Origin: Candidatus Eiseniibacteriota bacterium
GTDB lineage: Bacteria > Eisenbacteria > RBG-16-71-46
Direction of reading: 5' to 3'
Assembly: GCA_963707915.1 (NCBI GenBank)
Contig: OY970178.1
Location: 800,001 to 864,000 of the forward strand
DNA: 64,000 bases
How positions within the stretch are numbered: the stretch's first letter is position 1; every line of letters begins with the position of its first letter. Positions 7,798-17,990 of this stretch are shown in pieces. Both the position numbers and the translations under genes were made by a program. The notes below the pieces were generated by a model that saw only the letters and a program-made list of their open reading frames with translations, did no database searches and was not told the origin of the DNA.

Positions 7798-10311
7798 ATG
7801 AAGCTTCCGCTGTCCTGGCTGCGCGACTGGATCGAGCTGGATGCCACCCCCGAGGCGCTGGCCGACGCGCTCACCCGCCGCGGCTTCTACGTCGAGGGCA
7901 TCGAGGCGCGCGGGCACTCCTACCCGGGCGTCGTCGTGGCCCGGGTGCTCGAGGTCGCGAAGCACCCCAACGCCGACAAGCTCTCGCTCTGCCGCGTGGA
8001 CGCGGGCGCGGGCGAGCTCGCCATCGTGTGTGGCGCGCCGAACGTCCACGCCGGCATGGTGGCGCCGCTGGCCACCATCGGGGCGAAGCTGCCCGGCGGG
8101 CTGGTCATCAAGAAGAGCAAGATCCGCGGCATCGAGAGCCAGGGCATGCTCTGCTCGGCGGACGAACTCGGCTTCTCCGACGACCACTCCGGCATCGTGG
8201 ACCTGCCGGCCTACCTCGGCGCCGCCGAGGGGCTCGTGCCGGGCCGGGCGCTCGACGAGCTGCTGCCCCCGCCCGACGCGGTGCTCGAGGTCGAGGTGCC
8301 GTTCAACCGCCCCGACGGGCTCGGCGTGGCCGGCCTGGCGCGCGAGGTGAAGGCCGCCTTCGGCCTGCCCTGGACCCCCGCGGCCGAGGAGCGTCTCAGC
8401 GCGCTGTGGCGTGGCGACGGTGAGTTCGACCTCGAGATCGGGGACCGCGAGGGCTGCCCGCGCTACATCGCGCAGGTGGTCGAGAACGTGCGGATCGGAC
8501 CGTCGCCGGGCTGGCTGCAGCGCCGGCTCGAGGCGATCGGCCAGCGGCCCATCAACAACGTCGTGGATCTCACCAACCTGGTGCTCTTCGAGTTCGGCCA
8601 GCCGCTGCACGCCTTCGACCTCGACCGGCTGGCGGGTCCCGCCATCCGCGTGCGCCGCGCCCTCGCCGGCGAGCGTTTCACCACGCTCGACGGCAAGGAG
8701 CGCACGCTCGACCCCGAGGTGCTGCTGATCTGCGACCGCGACCGGCCGGTGGCGATCGCGGGGGTGATGGGCGGCGCCGACAGCGAGGTCCGCAGCGGCT
8801 TCGCGGAGCCCGGCGCCACCGGCGCGCCGGCCCTCGGCGCCACCACGCGGCTGCTGCTGGAGTGTGCGTGGTTCCAGCCGCGCCGCATCCGCCGCGGCTC
8901 GCGCGTGCTCGGGCTCTCCACCGAGGCCTCGAAGCGCTTCGAGCGCGGGGTGGACCCGCGTGGCGGCGCTGCCGCGACGTCGCGCTTCCTGGCCCTGCTC
9001 GCCGAGGTCTCGCCGGGCATGACGCTGGGGCCGGCGGGCGAGCGCGCCCACGGCACGGCCGTGCCCGCTTCGCTCGTGCTGCGCGGCTCGCGGTGCCGGC
9101 GCGTCGTCGGCGTCGACTTCCTGCTCGAGGAGGCCACGCGCCACCTCGAGGGGCTGGAGTTCGAGGTCGAGCCGCGCGTCACCCCGGGCGCGTCCGGGTG
9201 GGAGCTCGCCGTCGCGGTGCCGAGCTGGCGCGCCGACGTCACGGTCGAGGACGATCTCATCGAAGAGGTGGCGCGCTCCCACGGTTACGACCGCATCCCC
9301 GAGACGCCGCTCGAGACCCGCGGCGCCTACGCCACTCGCAGCCCGCGCGAGCGCGGCATCGAGCGCGCCCGGCGCGCCATGCTGGCCCGCGGCTTCACCG
9401 AGGCCTGGACCGGCACGCTGGTCTCCGAGCGCGAGGCGATCGAGACCGCGGCCCTGCTGGGAGCCGCGCCCGACTCGCTGGTGCGCCTGCAGAACCCGAT
9501 GAGCCGCGAGGGGGAGGTGCTGAGGCCCAGCCCGGTCGCGGGGCTGCTGCGCGCCTGCGCGCACAACCTGCGCCAGGGCCTGCCCGCGGTACGGCTCTTC
9601 GAGGTCGGCACGGGCTTCGCCGCCGCCGCGCCCGCGACGGACCGCGCGGCGCTGCCGGTGGAGTCGCTGATGCTCGCCGCGATCGTGACCGGCCCCCGCT
9701 ACGCGCACGCCCACGATGCCGCGCAGCAGGCGGTGGACTTCGACGAGGCGAAGGGCCTGTGGGAGGCCTGGCTGGAGGAGATGAGCGTTGACACCCCCGG
9801 ATGGCGGGCCTATGCTGCGCCCGGCTGGAAACTCGGTGCCAGTGCGGAAGTTGCAGCACGGACTTCGCGCATTGGATGGGGTGGATGCCTGGGGCAGCCG
9901 CTGCTGCGCGGGGTGGACATCGAGGTCCCGGTGTACCTCTTCGTGGTGCATCTCGACCCGTTGTTCGAGGACCTTCCGGCGGCGCGCCGGGTGACGCTGC
10001 CGGGCCGGTTCCCGCCGGCGAATCGCGACCTCGCCTTCTTCGTGCCGTCGTCCCGGTCGCACCAGGAGGTCGAGCAGGTCCTGGCCCGCGCGGCGCAGCC
10101 GCCCGACGGGGAAGGGTCGCGACTCGCCTCGATCGAGTTGTTCGACGTCTACACCGGCCCCGGCACCCCCGAGGGCATGAAGAGCCTGGCGTACGCGCTC
10201 CGCTTCGAACACGCGGAACGCACGCTGCACGAGGCCGAGGTCCAGGCCATCCAGGACCGCATGGTCGAAGCCGTCACCCGCGAATGCCACGGGAGACTGA
10301 GAGAGAAATGA
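7798..10311 (+). CDS. pheT: Phenylalanine--tRNA ligase beta subunit
   Basis: Motifs HPNADKL, IVCGAPNV, SQGMLCS, GQPLHAFD, RFERGVD, DLIEEVAR and a C-terminal FDX-ACB domain. Confidence 0.96.
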   Translation: MKLPLSWLRDWIELDATPEALADALTRRGFYVEGIEARGHSYPGVVVARVLEVAKHPNADKLSLCRVDAGAGELAIVCGAPNVHAGMVAPLATIGAKLPGGLVIKKSKIRGIESQGMLCSADELGFSDDHSGIVDLPAYLGAAEGLVPGRALDELLPPPDAVLEVEVPFNRPDGLGVAGLAREVKAAFGLPWTPAAEERLSALWRGDGEFDLEIGDREGCPRYIAQVVENVRIGPSPGWLQRRLEAIGQRPINNVVDLTNLVLFEFGQPLHAFDLDRLAGPAIRVRRALAGERFTTLDGKERTLDPEVLLICDRDRPVAIAGVMGGADSEVRSGFAEPGATGAPALGATTRLLLECAWFQPRRIRRGSRVLGLSTEASKRFERGVDPRGGAAATSRFLALLAEVSPGMTLGPAGERAHGTAVPASLVLRGSRCRRVVGVDFLLEEATRHLEGLEFEVEPRVTPGASGWELAVAVPSWRADVTVEDDLIEEVARSHGYDRIPETPLETRGAYATRSPRERGIERARRAMLARGFTEAWTGTLVSEREAIETAALLGAAPDSLVRLQNPMSREGEVLRPSPVAGLLRACAHNLRQGLPAVRLFEVGTGFAAAAPATDRAALPVESLMLAAIVTGPRYAHAHDAAQQAVDFDEAKGLWEAWLEEMSVDTPGWRAYAAPGWKLGASAEVAARTSRIGWGGCLGQPLLRGVDIEVPVYLFVVHLDPLFEDLPAARRVTLPGRFPPANRDLAFFVPSSRSHQEVEQVLARAAQPPDGEGSRLASIELFDVYTGPGTPEGMKSLAYALRFEHAERTLHEAEVQAIQDRMVEAVTRECHGRLREK
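9788..9816 (+). promoter_or_regulatory. Putative internal sigma70 promoter inside pheT
   Basis: TTGACA-N17-TATGCT within a patch of atypical A/T-ending codons. Confidence 0.5.
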
Positions 10312-10604
10312 CCGACACCACGACGATGACGAAGGACCTGGATCGCCTGGCCGAGCGGGTCGAGAAGGCCGCCGCCGTGCTGCAGGCCCAGCGGGCCGAG
10401 CACGCACGCCTGCAGCGCGAGCGCGACCAACTCGCCGCGCGCGCCCAGGAACTCGAGCAGAAGCTGCAGGGGCAGGACCCGGCCGCGCTCCTCGCCGAGC
10501 TGCAGGGGCTGCGCCGGGAGCAGCGCGACTGGCAGGCGGAGCGCCGCGACGTGGCGCTGCGGATCGAAGCGCTGGTGACGAAGCTGGAGCGGATCGAGGG
10601 CTGA
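10308..10604 (+). CDS. Coiled-coil protein, ZapB-like
   Basis: 98-aa all-helical heptad protein between pheT (ATGA overlap) and zapA, matching the usual pheT-zapB-zapA-rny order. Confidence 0.7.
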   Translation: MTDTTTMTKDLDRLAERVEKAAAVLQAQRAEHARLQRERDQLAARAQELEQKLQGQDPAALLAELQGLRREQRDWQAERRDVALRIEALVTKLERIEG

Positions 10605-10624
10605 GCCCGTTCCCCGAGGACGCC

Positions 10625-10936
10625 ATGGAAGCCAAGACCCTGGTTCAGGTGCAGATCTTCGGTCAGAACTACACGATCCGCGGCGAGGCCGACCAGGGCT
10701 ACATCCTGGGGGTCGCGGCCTACGTGGACCGCAAGATGCAGGAGATCACCGAGAAGCTCCCCACGACCTCGATCTCGAGCTCCCTGTCGAAGATCGCGGT
10801 GCTCGCGGGGCTGAACATCGCCGACGAGTTGATGAAGGAGCGCGCGCAGCGCGAGCGGCTCGAGCAGCAGATGAGCACCCGCACCGCGCGGCTGAACGCC
10901 GTCCTGGACGAGATCCTCCAGGACACCACGAAGTGA
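10625..10936 (+). CDS. zapA: Cell division protein ZapA
   Basis: Motifs VQIFGQNYTI, VAAYVDRKM and AVLAGLNIADEL. Confidence 0.92.
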   Translation: MEAKTLVQVQIFGQNYTIRGEADQGYILGVAAYVDRKMQEITEKLPTTSISSSLSKIAVLAGLNIADELMKERAQRERLEQQMSTRTARLNAVLDEILQDTTK

Positions 10937-10963
10937 TGAGGGGGAGTCCCCGAGAGCCATCCC

Positions 10964-11181
10964 ATTCCCTGCCGTGCTCGTGATGTCGAACAGTTCTTGA
11001 ACCAACTCTCCTTTCAAAGGGGCCCCTGGTGGCCGGTGAAGCCAGGCCACGGCCCCCCGGGCACCACCCCGCGGTGACGCGGGGCGTCCGGGGAACGCGG
11101 TAGGCCGACCCGGTCGAGGGGGACCCACCTGGCTCGCCAGGTCTCAAGAACTCCACCACACACGGCATTTCGGCGGGGATT
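10964..11181 (+). ncRNA. ssrS: 6S RNA
   Basis: Complementary ends (TTCCCTGCCG / CGGCGGGGAT, GTTCTTGA / TCAAGAAC) form a long rod, in the classic zapA-ssrS position. Confidence 0.82.
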
Positions 11182-11364
11182 CATAGGCCCCGGCGCCCGT
11201 CACGCGCCCGGACCGGAGCAGGCGCCGCAGGACCATCGGAAGGCCGGAAGCACCCGGCCCGGGCCTGCGCGAGGGCGGGTCCGAGCGGACCCGCCGCCGC
11301 GCGGACCGCAGGGACGGGACCGCGCGGCCGACCGGGCCCCCTCGACGCCCTGCCGGGAGAGACC

Positions 11365-12927
11365 ATGAACCAGATGACCTGGATCGGCGGCGCCGCGGTC
11401 GGCGCCGTCGTGGCGTTCTACGTCGGATACCTCGTCCGCGCGCGGGCGGGGCGGAACAACCTCCAGAGCGCGGAGCACCGGGCCCGGACTCTGGTCGAGC
11501 AGGCCCAGGGCGAGGCCGAGGCCAGCCGCCGCAACGCCCTGCTCGAGGGCCGCGAGGAGGCCCTGCGCCTCAAGCAGCAGGTCGAGCGCGAGACCCAGGA
11601 GGCGCGCACCGCCCAGCTCGCCGCCGAGCGCGCCTTCCACGAGAAGGAGGCCGCGTTCAGCCGGCGGGTCGAGCTCATCGACAAGAAGGAGCGTGACCTG
11701 AAGCGCTCCGAGACCGAACTGCGGGACCGCGAGGCCACCGTGCAGGAGCGGGACGGCCAGCTCGACAAGCTGATCGCCGAGCAGACGGTGATGCTGGAGC
11801 GCATCGCCCGGATGAGCGCCGACGAGGCCCGCGCCCGCCTGATGGCCGAGGTCGAGAACGAGGCCAAGGCCGAGGCCGCCCGGCACGTCACCGAGATCCG
11901 CGAGAGCGCGCAGCGCAACGCCGAGCGCGAGGCGCGCAAGATCATCGGCCTCGCCATCCAGCGCTACTCCGCCGACCACGTCTCCGAGGTCTCGGTCTCG
12001 GTCGTCCACCTGCCCAGCGACGACATGAAGGGCCGCATCATCGGGCGCGAGGGCCGCAACATCCGCTCGTTCGAGGTCATCACCGGCGTCGACGTCATCA
12101 TCGACGACACTCCCGAGGCCGTCATCCTCTCGGGCTTCGACCCGGTGCGCCGCGAGATCGCCCGGCTCGCCCTGGAGCGCCTGGTCGCCGACGGGCGCAT
12201 CCACCCCGCGCGGATCGAGGAGGTCGTGGCCAAGGTCAAGACCGAGGTCGAGAGCCGCATCCACGAGCTGGGCGAGGTCGCCTGCCTCGAGGTCGGCATC
12301 GCCGGCATCCACGCCGACCTGCAGAACCTGCTCGGCCGGCTGCACTACCGCACGTCCTACGGCCAGAACATCCTGAGCCACTCGATCGAGGTCGCGCACC
12401 TCACCGGCATGATCGCCGTCGAGCTGGGATTCGACCAGAAGATGGCCAAGCGCTGCGGCCTGCTCCACGACATCGGCAAGGCGCTCGACCACGACCACGA
12501 GGGCACGCATCCGCAGCTCGGCATGGAGGTGGTGCAGCGCTACGGCGAACCGCAGCCGGTGATCGACGCCGTCGGCCACCACCACGACGACTACGCCGGC
12601 GGCAGCCTGTGGGCGGTGCTGGTCGCGTCCGCCGACGCCATCTCGGGCGCGCGCCCGGGGGCGCGGCGCGAGAGCCTGGAGGTCTACATCAAGCGGCTCG
12701 AGGCGCTCGAGAAGATCGCCTCCGGCTTCCCGGGCGTGGAGAAGTCCTACGCCATCCAGGCCGGCCGCGAGGTGCGCATCATGGTCGAGCACAACAAGGT
12801 GGACGACGGTCGCGCCCAGGTGCTGGCGACCGAGATCGCGCGCCGCATCGAGAAGGAGCTGCAGTACCCGGGCCAGATCCGCGTGACCGTGATCCGCGAG
12901 ACCCGGGCCGTGGACTACGCCAAGTAG
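11365..12927 (+). CDS. rny: Ribonuclease Y
   Basis: N-terminal TM helix, coiled coil, KH domain (MKGRIIGREGRNIR), HD domain (LLHDIGK) and ADAISGARPGARRE. Confidence 0.97.
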   Translation: MNQMTWIGGAAVGAVVAFYVGYLVRARAGRNNLQSAEHRARTLVEQAQGEAEASRRNALLEGREEALRLKQQVERETQEARTAQLAAERAFHEKEAAFSRRVELIDKKERDLKRSETELRDREATVQERDGQLDKLIAEQTVMLERIARMSADEARARLMAEVENEAKAEAARHVTEIRESAQRNAEREARKIIGLAIQRYSADHVSEVSVSVVHLPSDDMKGRIIGREGRNIRSFEVITGVDVIIDDTPEAVILSGFDPVRREIARLALERLVADGRIHPARIEEVVAKVKTEVESRIHELGEVACLEVGIAGIHADLQNLLGRLHYRTSYGQNILSHSIEVAHLTGMIAVELGFDQKMAKRCGLLHDIGKALDHDHEGTHPQLGMEVVQRYGEPQPVIDAVGHHHDDYAGGSLWAVLVASADAISGARPGARRESLEVYIKRLEALEKIASGFPGVEKSYAIQAGREVRIMVEHNKVDDGRAQVLATEIARRIEKELQYPGQIRVTVIRETRAVDYAK

Positions 12928-12937
12928 GGGAGGCCAC

Positions 12938-14632
12938 CTGAACATCCTCTTCATCGCCGACGTGATCGGCGCGCCGGGGCGCGAGGTGGTGAAGGCCCTG
13001 CTGCCGGCGCTGCGGGAGCGCTACGACGCGCACCTCGTCGTCTGCAACGTCGAGAACTCGGCGGGCGGCTTCGGCTTCAACCGCGAGTCGGGCGACGGCC
13101 TCGCCGCGGCGGGCGTGGACGTGTTCACCGGCGGCAACCACCTCTGGGACCGCAAGGAGAGCGCGGCCTACGTCGCCGAGGAGCCGCGCCTGGTGCGCCC
13201 GGCGAACCTGCCGCCCGGCACGCCGGGGGAGGGCTGGCGCGTCTTCCGCGCCGCCGACGGCACCACCGTGGGCGTGGTGAGCCTGCTGGGGCGGGTCTTC
13301 ATGAAGGAGGCCGACTGCCCCTTCCGCGCCGCGGACCGGGTGCTCGAAGAGCTCCGGGGCCGCTGCCAGGTGGTGTTCGTGGACTTCCACGCCGAGACCA
13401 CCGCCGAGAAGGTCGCCATGGGCTGGCACCTCGACGGCCGCGCGACCGTGGTGGTCGGCACGCACACCCACGTGCAGACCGCCGACGAGCGCGTGCTGCC
13501 CGGCGGCACCGCCTTCCTGTGCGACGCGGGCATGACCGGCGGATTCGAGTCGGTGATCGGCATGGACCGCCGCGCCGCACTCGCCCGCTTCCTCACGCTG
13601 CTGCCGCAGCGCCTCACGCCGGCGACCGGCGACCTGCGCCTGAACGGGGCGCTCGTCTCGGTGGACCCGGCGAGCGGCCGCGCGCTCGCGATCCGCCGCC
13701 TCGCGATCGCCCTGCCCGCCGCCGAACGGCCGGCGGGCCTGCGCCTGCTGGGCGGCGAGGAGCCCGCCTCGACCACGCGCATGGCGGTGCACGCCGGCGT
13801 GCAGGAGCTGCGCGCGGCCGGCGTGGTCCCCACCCTCGCGCTGGTCTCGGTGGGCGAGGACCCGGCCTCGCGGATCTACCTCCGGCGCAAGCGCGAGGCC
13901 TGCGCCGAGGTCGGCATCGAGACCCTGGCGGTGGCGCTCCCGGCGGGCAGTGACACCGCCGCGGTGGTGGAGCGCGTGCGCCGGCTGGGCGAGGACCCGG
14001 CGGTGCACGCCATCCTGGTCCAGCTCCCGCTCGCGCCGGACCCGGCTGCGCCGGGCGCCCCCGAGCCCCGGGCGGTCTTCGAGGCGATCCCGCCGTCCAA
14101 GGACGTGGACGGCTTCCATCCGGTCAACGCCGGCCGGCTCGCGACCGGCCTGCCCGGCTTCGTGCCCTGCACCCCGCTCGGCATCCTCGAGCTGTTGCGT
14201 TACTACGAGATCCCGCTCGCCGGTCGGCACGTCGTGGTGCTCGGCCGCAGCAACGTCGTCGGGCGCCCGCTCGCGACCCTGCTCTCGCGCAAGGGGGTGG
14301 ACGCCACCGTCACGCTCGGCCACAGCGCGAGCGGCCCGGCGCTGCAGGAGCTGGCCCGGCAGGCCGACGTGCTGGTGTGCGCGATCGGCGCCCCGGAGAT
14401 GGTCACCGCCGAGTGGGTCCGGCCCGGGGCCACCGTCGTGGACGTGGGCGTGCATCGCGTCGCCGATCCGACCCGGCGCACCGGTACCCGGCTCGCCGGC
14501 GACGTCGAGTTCGGCTCGGTCTCCAAGGTCGCGGGCGCGATCACCCCGGTGCCCGGCGGCGTCGGTCCCATGACCGTGGCGATGGTGCTCTCCAACACCC
14601 TGCTCGCCGCCTCGGGGACGCCCGGTCGGTAG
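12938..14632 (+). CDS. folD: Fusion of YmdB-family metallophosphoesterase (N-term) and FolD (C-term); probable CTG start
   Basis: N-half has NILFIADVIG, NVENSAGG, GNHLWD, DFHAETTAEK, GTHTHVQT and DAGMTG. C-half has VGEDPAS, ILVQLPL, KDVDGFHP, PCTPLG, GRSNVVGRP and TPVPGGVGPMT. No stop between them. Confidence 0.9.
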   Translation: MNILFIADVIGAPGREVVKALLPALRERYDAHLVVCNVENSAGGFGFNRESGDGLAAAGVDVFTGGNHLWDRKESAAYVAEEPRLVRPANLPPGTPGEGWRVFRAADGTTVGVVSLLGRVFMKEADCPFRAADRVLEELRGRCQVVFVDFHAETTAEKVAMGWHLDGRATVVVGTHTHVQTADERVLPGGTAFLCDAGMTGGFESVIGMDRRAALARFLTLLPQRLTPATGDLRLNGALVSVDPASGRALAIRRLAIALPAAERPAGLRLLGGEEPASTTRMAVHAGVQELRAAGVVPTLALVSVGEDPASRIYLRRKREACAEVGIETLAVALPAGSDTAAVVERVRRLGEDPAVHAILVQLPLAPDPAAPGAPEPRAVFEAIPPSKDVDGFHPVNAGRLATGLPGFVPCTPLGILELLRYYEIPLAGRHVVVLGRSNVVGRPLATLLSRKGVDATVTLGHSASGPALQELARQADVLVCAIGAPEMVTAEWVRPGATVVDVGVHRVADPTRRTGTRLAGDVEFGSVSKVAGAITPVPGGVGPMTVAMVLSNTLLAASGTPGR

Positions 14633-14636
14633 CCGC

Positions 14637-16002
14637 ATGGGCACGGCACCCGCGCCCGAGGGCATCCTCTCCGTCTCGGCCCTCACCGGCCTGATCAAGG
14701 GGACGCTCGCCGAGGCCTTCCCGGCCCTGTGGGTCAAGGGCGAGCTCACCGGCTTCAAGCGCTACGGGAGCGGGCACCTCTACTTCTCGCTGAAGGACTC
14801 GGGCGCGGTGCTGGCCTGCGTGATGTGGAAGGGCCGCACCGGGCGACTGGCCTTCGAGCCGCAGGACGGTCTCGAGGTCGAGGCCTTCGGCGCCATCTCG
14901 GTCTACGAGCCGCAGGGCCGCTACCAGCTCGTGGTGGACGAGATGCGTCCCGCCGGCGTGGGGGCGCTGCTGCTCGCCCTCGAGGAGCTGAAGAAGCAGC
15001 TCGCCGCCGAAGGGCTGTTCGACACGGCGCGCAAGCGCCCGCTGCCGCGCTTCCCCACGCGCGTCGGGCTGGTCACCTCGCCCTCCGGCGCGGCGGTGCG
15101 CGACCTGGTGACGGTGCTGCGCGCGCGCTGGCCGTCGATCGGGATCGTGCTGGCGCCGGTGCGCGTCCAGGGCGAGGGCGCCGCGCGCGAGATCGCCGAG
15201 GCGATCGAGCGCTTCGACCGCTACGGGCGCGTGGACCTGCTGATCGTCGGCCGCGGCGGCGGCTCGCTCGAGGACCTCTGGGCGTTCAACGAGGAGCCGG
15301 TGGTCCGCGCCATCGCCGCCTGCCGACTGCCCGTCATCTCGGCGGTCGGGCACGAGGTGGACGTCACGCTCGCCGACTTCGCCGCCGACGTGCGCGCGGC
15401 CACGCCCTCGAACGCCGCGGAGCTCGCCGTGCCGAGCCGCGAGGAGATGGCGCAGCAGGTCGCGCAGTGGAACGACCGGCTCGGGCGCGCGGCGCGGCAG
15501 TCGGCGGCCGAGCGCCGTCGCCGGCTCGACGCGCTCACCGCCCGCTACGGGTTCCGGCGGCAGGAGGAGGCCCTCGCGCACCTCCAGCAGCGCGTGGACG
15601 GGATGCTGGAGCGGCTGCACGGCGCCGTCCGGTCCACCGTCGAGCGCGCCCGGGATCGCCTGGCGCACGCCGCCGCCCGCTACGGCCTGCGCGAGTGGCC
15701 GCGCCTGCTCGCGATGCGGCGCGCCGACCTCGACGCGCTGCGCGGGCAGCTGGAGCGCCGCCATCGTCCGGTCGGCGCTGGCGCACCGCACCCGCGCCCT
15801 GGCGCTCGCCGACCGTCTCCGGGCGCTCTCGCCGCGACTGGTGCTCGAGCGCGGCTATTGCCTCGTGCACCGTCCGGACGGTACCTTCGTGCGTGCCGCC
15901 GCGACGCTGGCGGTGGGGGAGCTTCTCACGATCGAGTTCGCGCGCGGGGAGGCCGACGCGCGCGTCGAGCAGACCCGCCCGGGAGGGAAGGATGGCGCGT
16001 GA
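14637..16002 (+). CDS. xseA: Exodeoxyribonuclease VII large subunit (+1 frameshift near 15760)
   Basis: Motifs SGHLYFSLKD and GRGGGSLEDLWAFNEE. The C-terminal LSPRLVLERGY motif lies in the next frame, ending TGA 16000-16002. Confidence 0.92.
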
Positions 16003-16361
16003 CAGGAAGCCGGACGTGACCAGCGCTCCGGACGCCGCCTCGCTGAGCTTCGAGGAGGCCATCGAGCGGCTGCAGACGATCGTCGAGGAACTCGAGGGCG
16101 GCAGCCTGTCGCTCGAGGAGTCCATCGCCCGCTACGAGGAGGGCGTGAAGCTCTCGCGGCGGCTGACCCAGACCCTCGACCAGGCCGAGAAGCGCATCGA
16201 GCGCCTGAGCGCCGGCGCGGACGGCGAGCCCGTCACCGACGCCGATGGACCTCGAGGGCGAGCCCGCGGCGGAGCCCCGGCCCGCGGCCCGGCCGGCGCG
16301 CGAGCCCGCCAAACCCCAGCGCCGGGAGCCGGAAGGGTCCGTCGGCGAGCTGCCCTTCTGA
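15992..16361 (+). CDS. xseB: Exodeoxyribonuclease VII small subunit (+1 frameshift near 16238)
   Basis: SFEEAIERLQTIVEELEGGSLSLEESIARYEEG. The shifted tail ends ..GELPF-TGA overlapping the ispA ATG. Confidence 0.88.
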
Positions 16362-17287
16362 TGGCCGCCCGCGCGCAGCGCCGCCGGCCCGCCCCGGCGA
16401 AGCCCGTGTTCCTCCACCCGGCCCTGGCCGACGCCTTCGAGATCTACTTCAAGGACGCGCTCACCGAGCGCTGCGCCGGACCGCCGAGACTGCGCCAGGC
16501 GATGCGCTACGCGGCGCTGGGGCCCGGCAAGCGGGTGCGCCCGCTGCTCGTGCTGCTGTCCTGCGAGGCCGTCGCGGGCGACTGGTTCCACGCGCTGCCG
16601 GCGGCGGTGGCGGTCGAGTGCGTGCACGCCTTCTCGCTGGTGCACGACGACCTGCCCGCGATGGACGACGACGACTATCGCCGCGGCCGGCTCACCACCC
16701 ACAAGAAGTACGGCGAGGCCCTGGGCCTGCTCGCCGGCGACGCCCTGCTGGCCTTCGCCTTCGAGGAGCTGGCGATGCTCGAGGGCGCCGGCGTCCCGCC
16801 GTCCCGGGTGCTCGAGGCGGTGCGGCGGCTGGCGCGCGCCGCCGGCTCCGACGACCTGGTCGGCGGCCAGGCCCTCGACATGGCGGCCGAGGGACGACGC
16901 AAGGTGAGAGCGGCCGACGTCGAGGCCATCCACACGCGCAAGACCGGCGCGCTGATGGGCGCCTGCCTCGCGCTCGGCGCCATCGCCGGGGGCGCGGACC
17001 CGCGCACGGTCGCCGTGCTCGACGACGCCGGCCGGCTGTTGGGCCTGGTCTTCCAGATCCACGACGACCTGCTGAACGCCGGCTCGTCGCTGCGTAAGCT
17101 GGGCAAGCGCACCGGTACGGACGCGGCCCGCGGCAAGGCCACGTACCATCGCGCGGTCGGGAAGCCGGCGGCGCTGAGGAAGGAACGCGAGCTCCTGCGC
17201 TCCGCCCGGATCATCATCGAGGCGCACTGCGAGCACCCTGCCCGGTTGCTCGCGCTGCTCGACGCCCTCGCGGTGAGGGAGAAGTAG
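16361..17287 (+). CDS. ispA: Polyprenyl (farnesyl/geranylgeranyl) diphosphate synthase
   Basis: Motifs GKRVRP, HDDLPAMDDDDYRRG, GQALD, KTGAL and FQIHDDLLN. Confidence 0.92.
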   Translation: MAARAQRRRPAPAKPVFLHPALADAFEIYFKDALTERCAGPPRLRQAMRYAALGPGKRVRPLLVLLSCEAVAGDWFHALPAAVAVECVHAFSLVHDDLPAMDDDDYRRGRLTTHKKYGEALGLLAGDALLAFAFEELAMLEGAGVPPSRVLEAVRRLARAAGSDDLVGGQALDMAAEGRRKVRAADVEAIHTRKTGALMGACLALGAIAGGADPRTVAVLDDAGRLLGLVFQIHDDLLNAGSSLRKLGKRTGTDAARGKATYHRAVGKPAALRKERELLRSARIIIEAHCEHPARLLALLDALAVREK

Positions 17288-17501
17288 GGGCGTTCCGGCC
17301 CGTGCGCGCGGGCCGGTTCCTCCCCGCCCTCGAGTGCGTGCGCCCCGGTCCTCCGACCGGCGGCACCGTGCGATCCGTCTCACCCTCGCGGGCGGCGCGC
17401 CCGCCCGAGCGGGACTCCCCGACGCCGCCGGCCCGCCGCCGGGGCCGTGCGCGGCCCCCTTGCCGCCACCCGCGCTCGCCCTTATCTTCAAGGCCCCCCG
17501 C

Positions 17502-17990
17502 ATGGGGCGCGCTGGCCGACACCTGGCCGGCGTTCGCACGGGACCTCGAACAGGAGCCGACACCACGGGACCGTTCTGGATCGCCCTCATCATCGGGTTC
17601 ATCGTCCAGGGCTACAAGGGCCTGGCCTGGTACGTCAAACACCGCCGCTGGAACCTGCGGCGCTTCGTCGAGACCGGCGGCATGCCCTCGGCGCACGCGG
17701 CCGCGGTCTCGGCGCTCACCACCGCAGTCGGCCTGACCCAGGGGTTCGGCTCCGTCCTCTTCGGGGTCACGCTCTACTTCAGCCTCGTCATCATGTACGA
17801 CGCGGCGGGGCTGCGCCGCGCCGCCGGGAAGCAGGCCGTCATCCTGAACCGGCTGATCGAGGAGCACTTCGTCCACCCGCAGGCGGACACGCAGCGCCTC
17901 ATGGAACTGCTCGGTCACACGCCCTTCGAGGTCGCCGTGGGGGCGGTGCTGGGAGTGGCGAGCGCCCTGCTCTGGAACCTGGTCTTCTGA
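17502..17990 (+). CDS. Divergent PAP2 family protein (DUF212/YuiD-like); start uncertain
   Basis: Motifs TGGMPSAH, YDAAGLRRAAG and ELLGHTPFEV. Confidence 0.88.
   Translation: MGRAGRHLAGVRTGPRTGADTTGPFWIALIIGFIVQGYKGLAWYVKHRRWNLRRFVETGGMPSAHAAAVSALTTAVGLTQGFGSVLFGVTLYFSLVIMYDAAGLRRAAGKQAVILNRLIEEHFVHPQADTQRLMELLGHTPFEVAVGAVLGVASALLWNLVF

Noticed and set aside
14729..17287. Apparent XseB-IspA fusion
   Set aside because: A one-base correction gives an XseB tail ending ELPF-TGA that overlaps the ispA ATG, the normal coupled arrangement.
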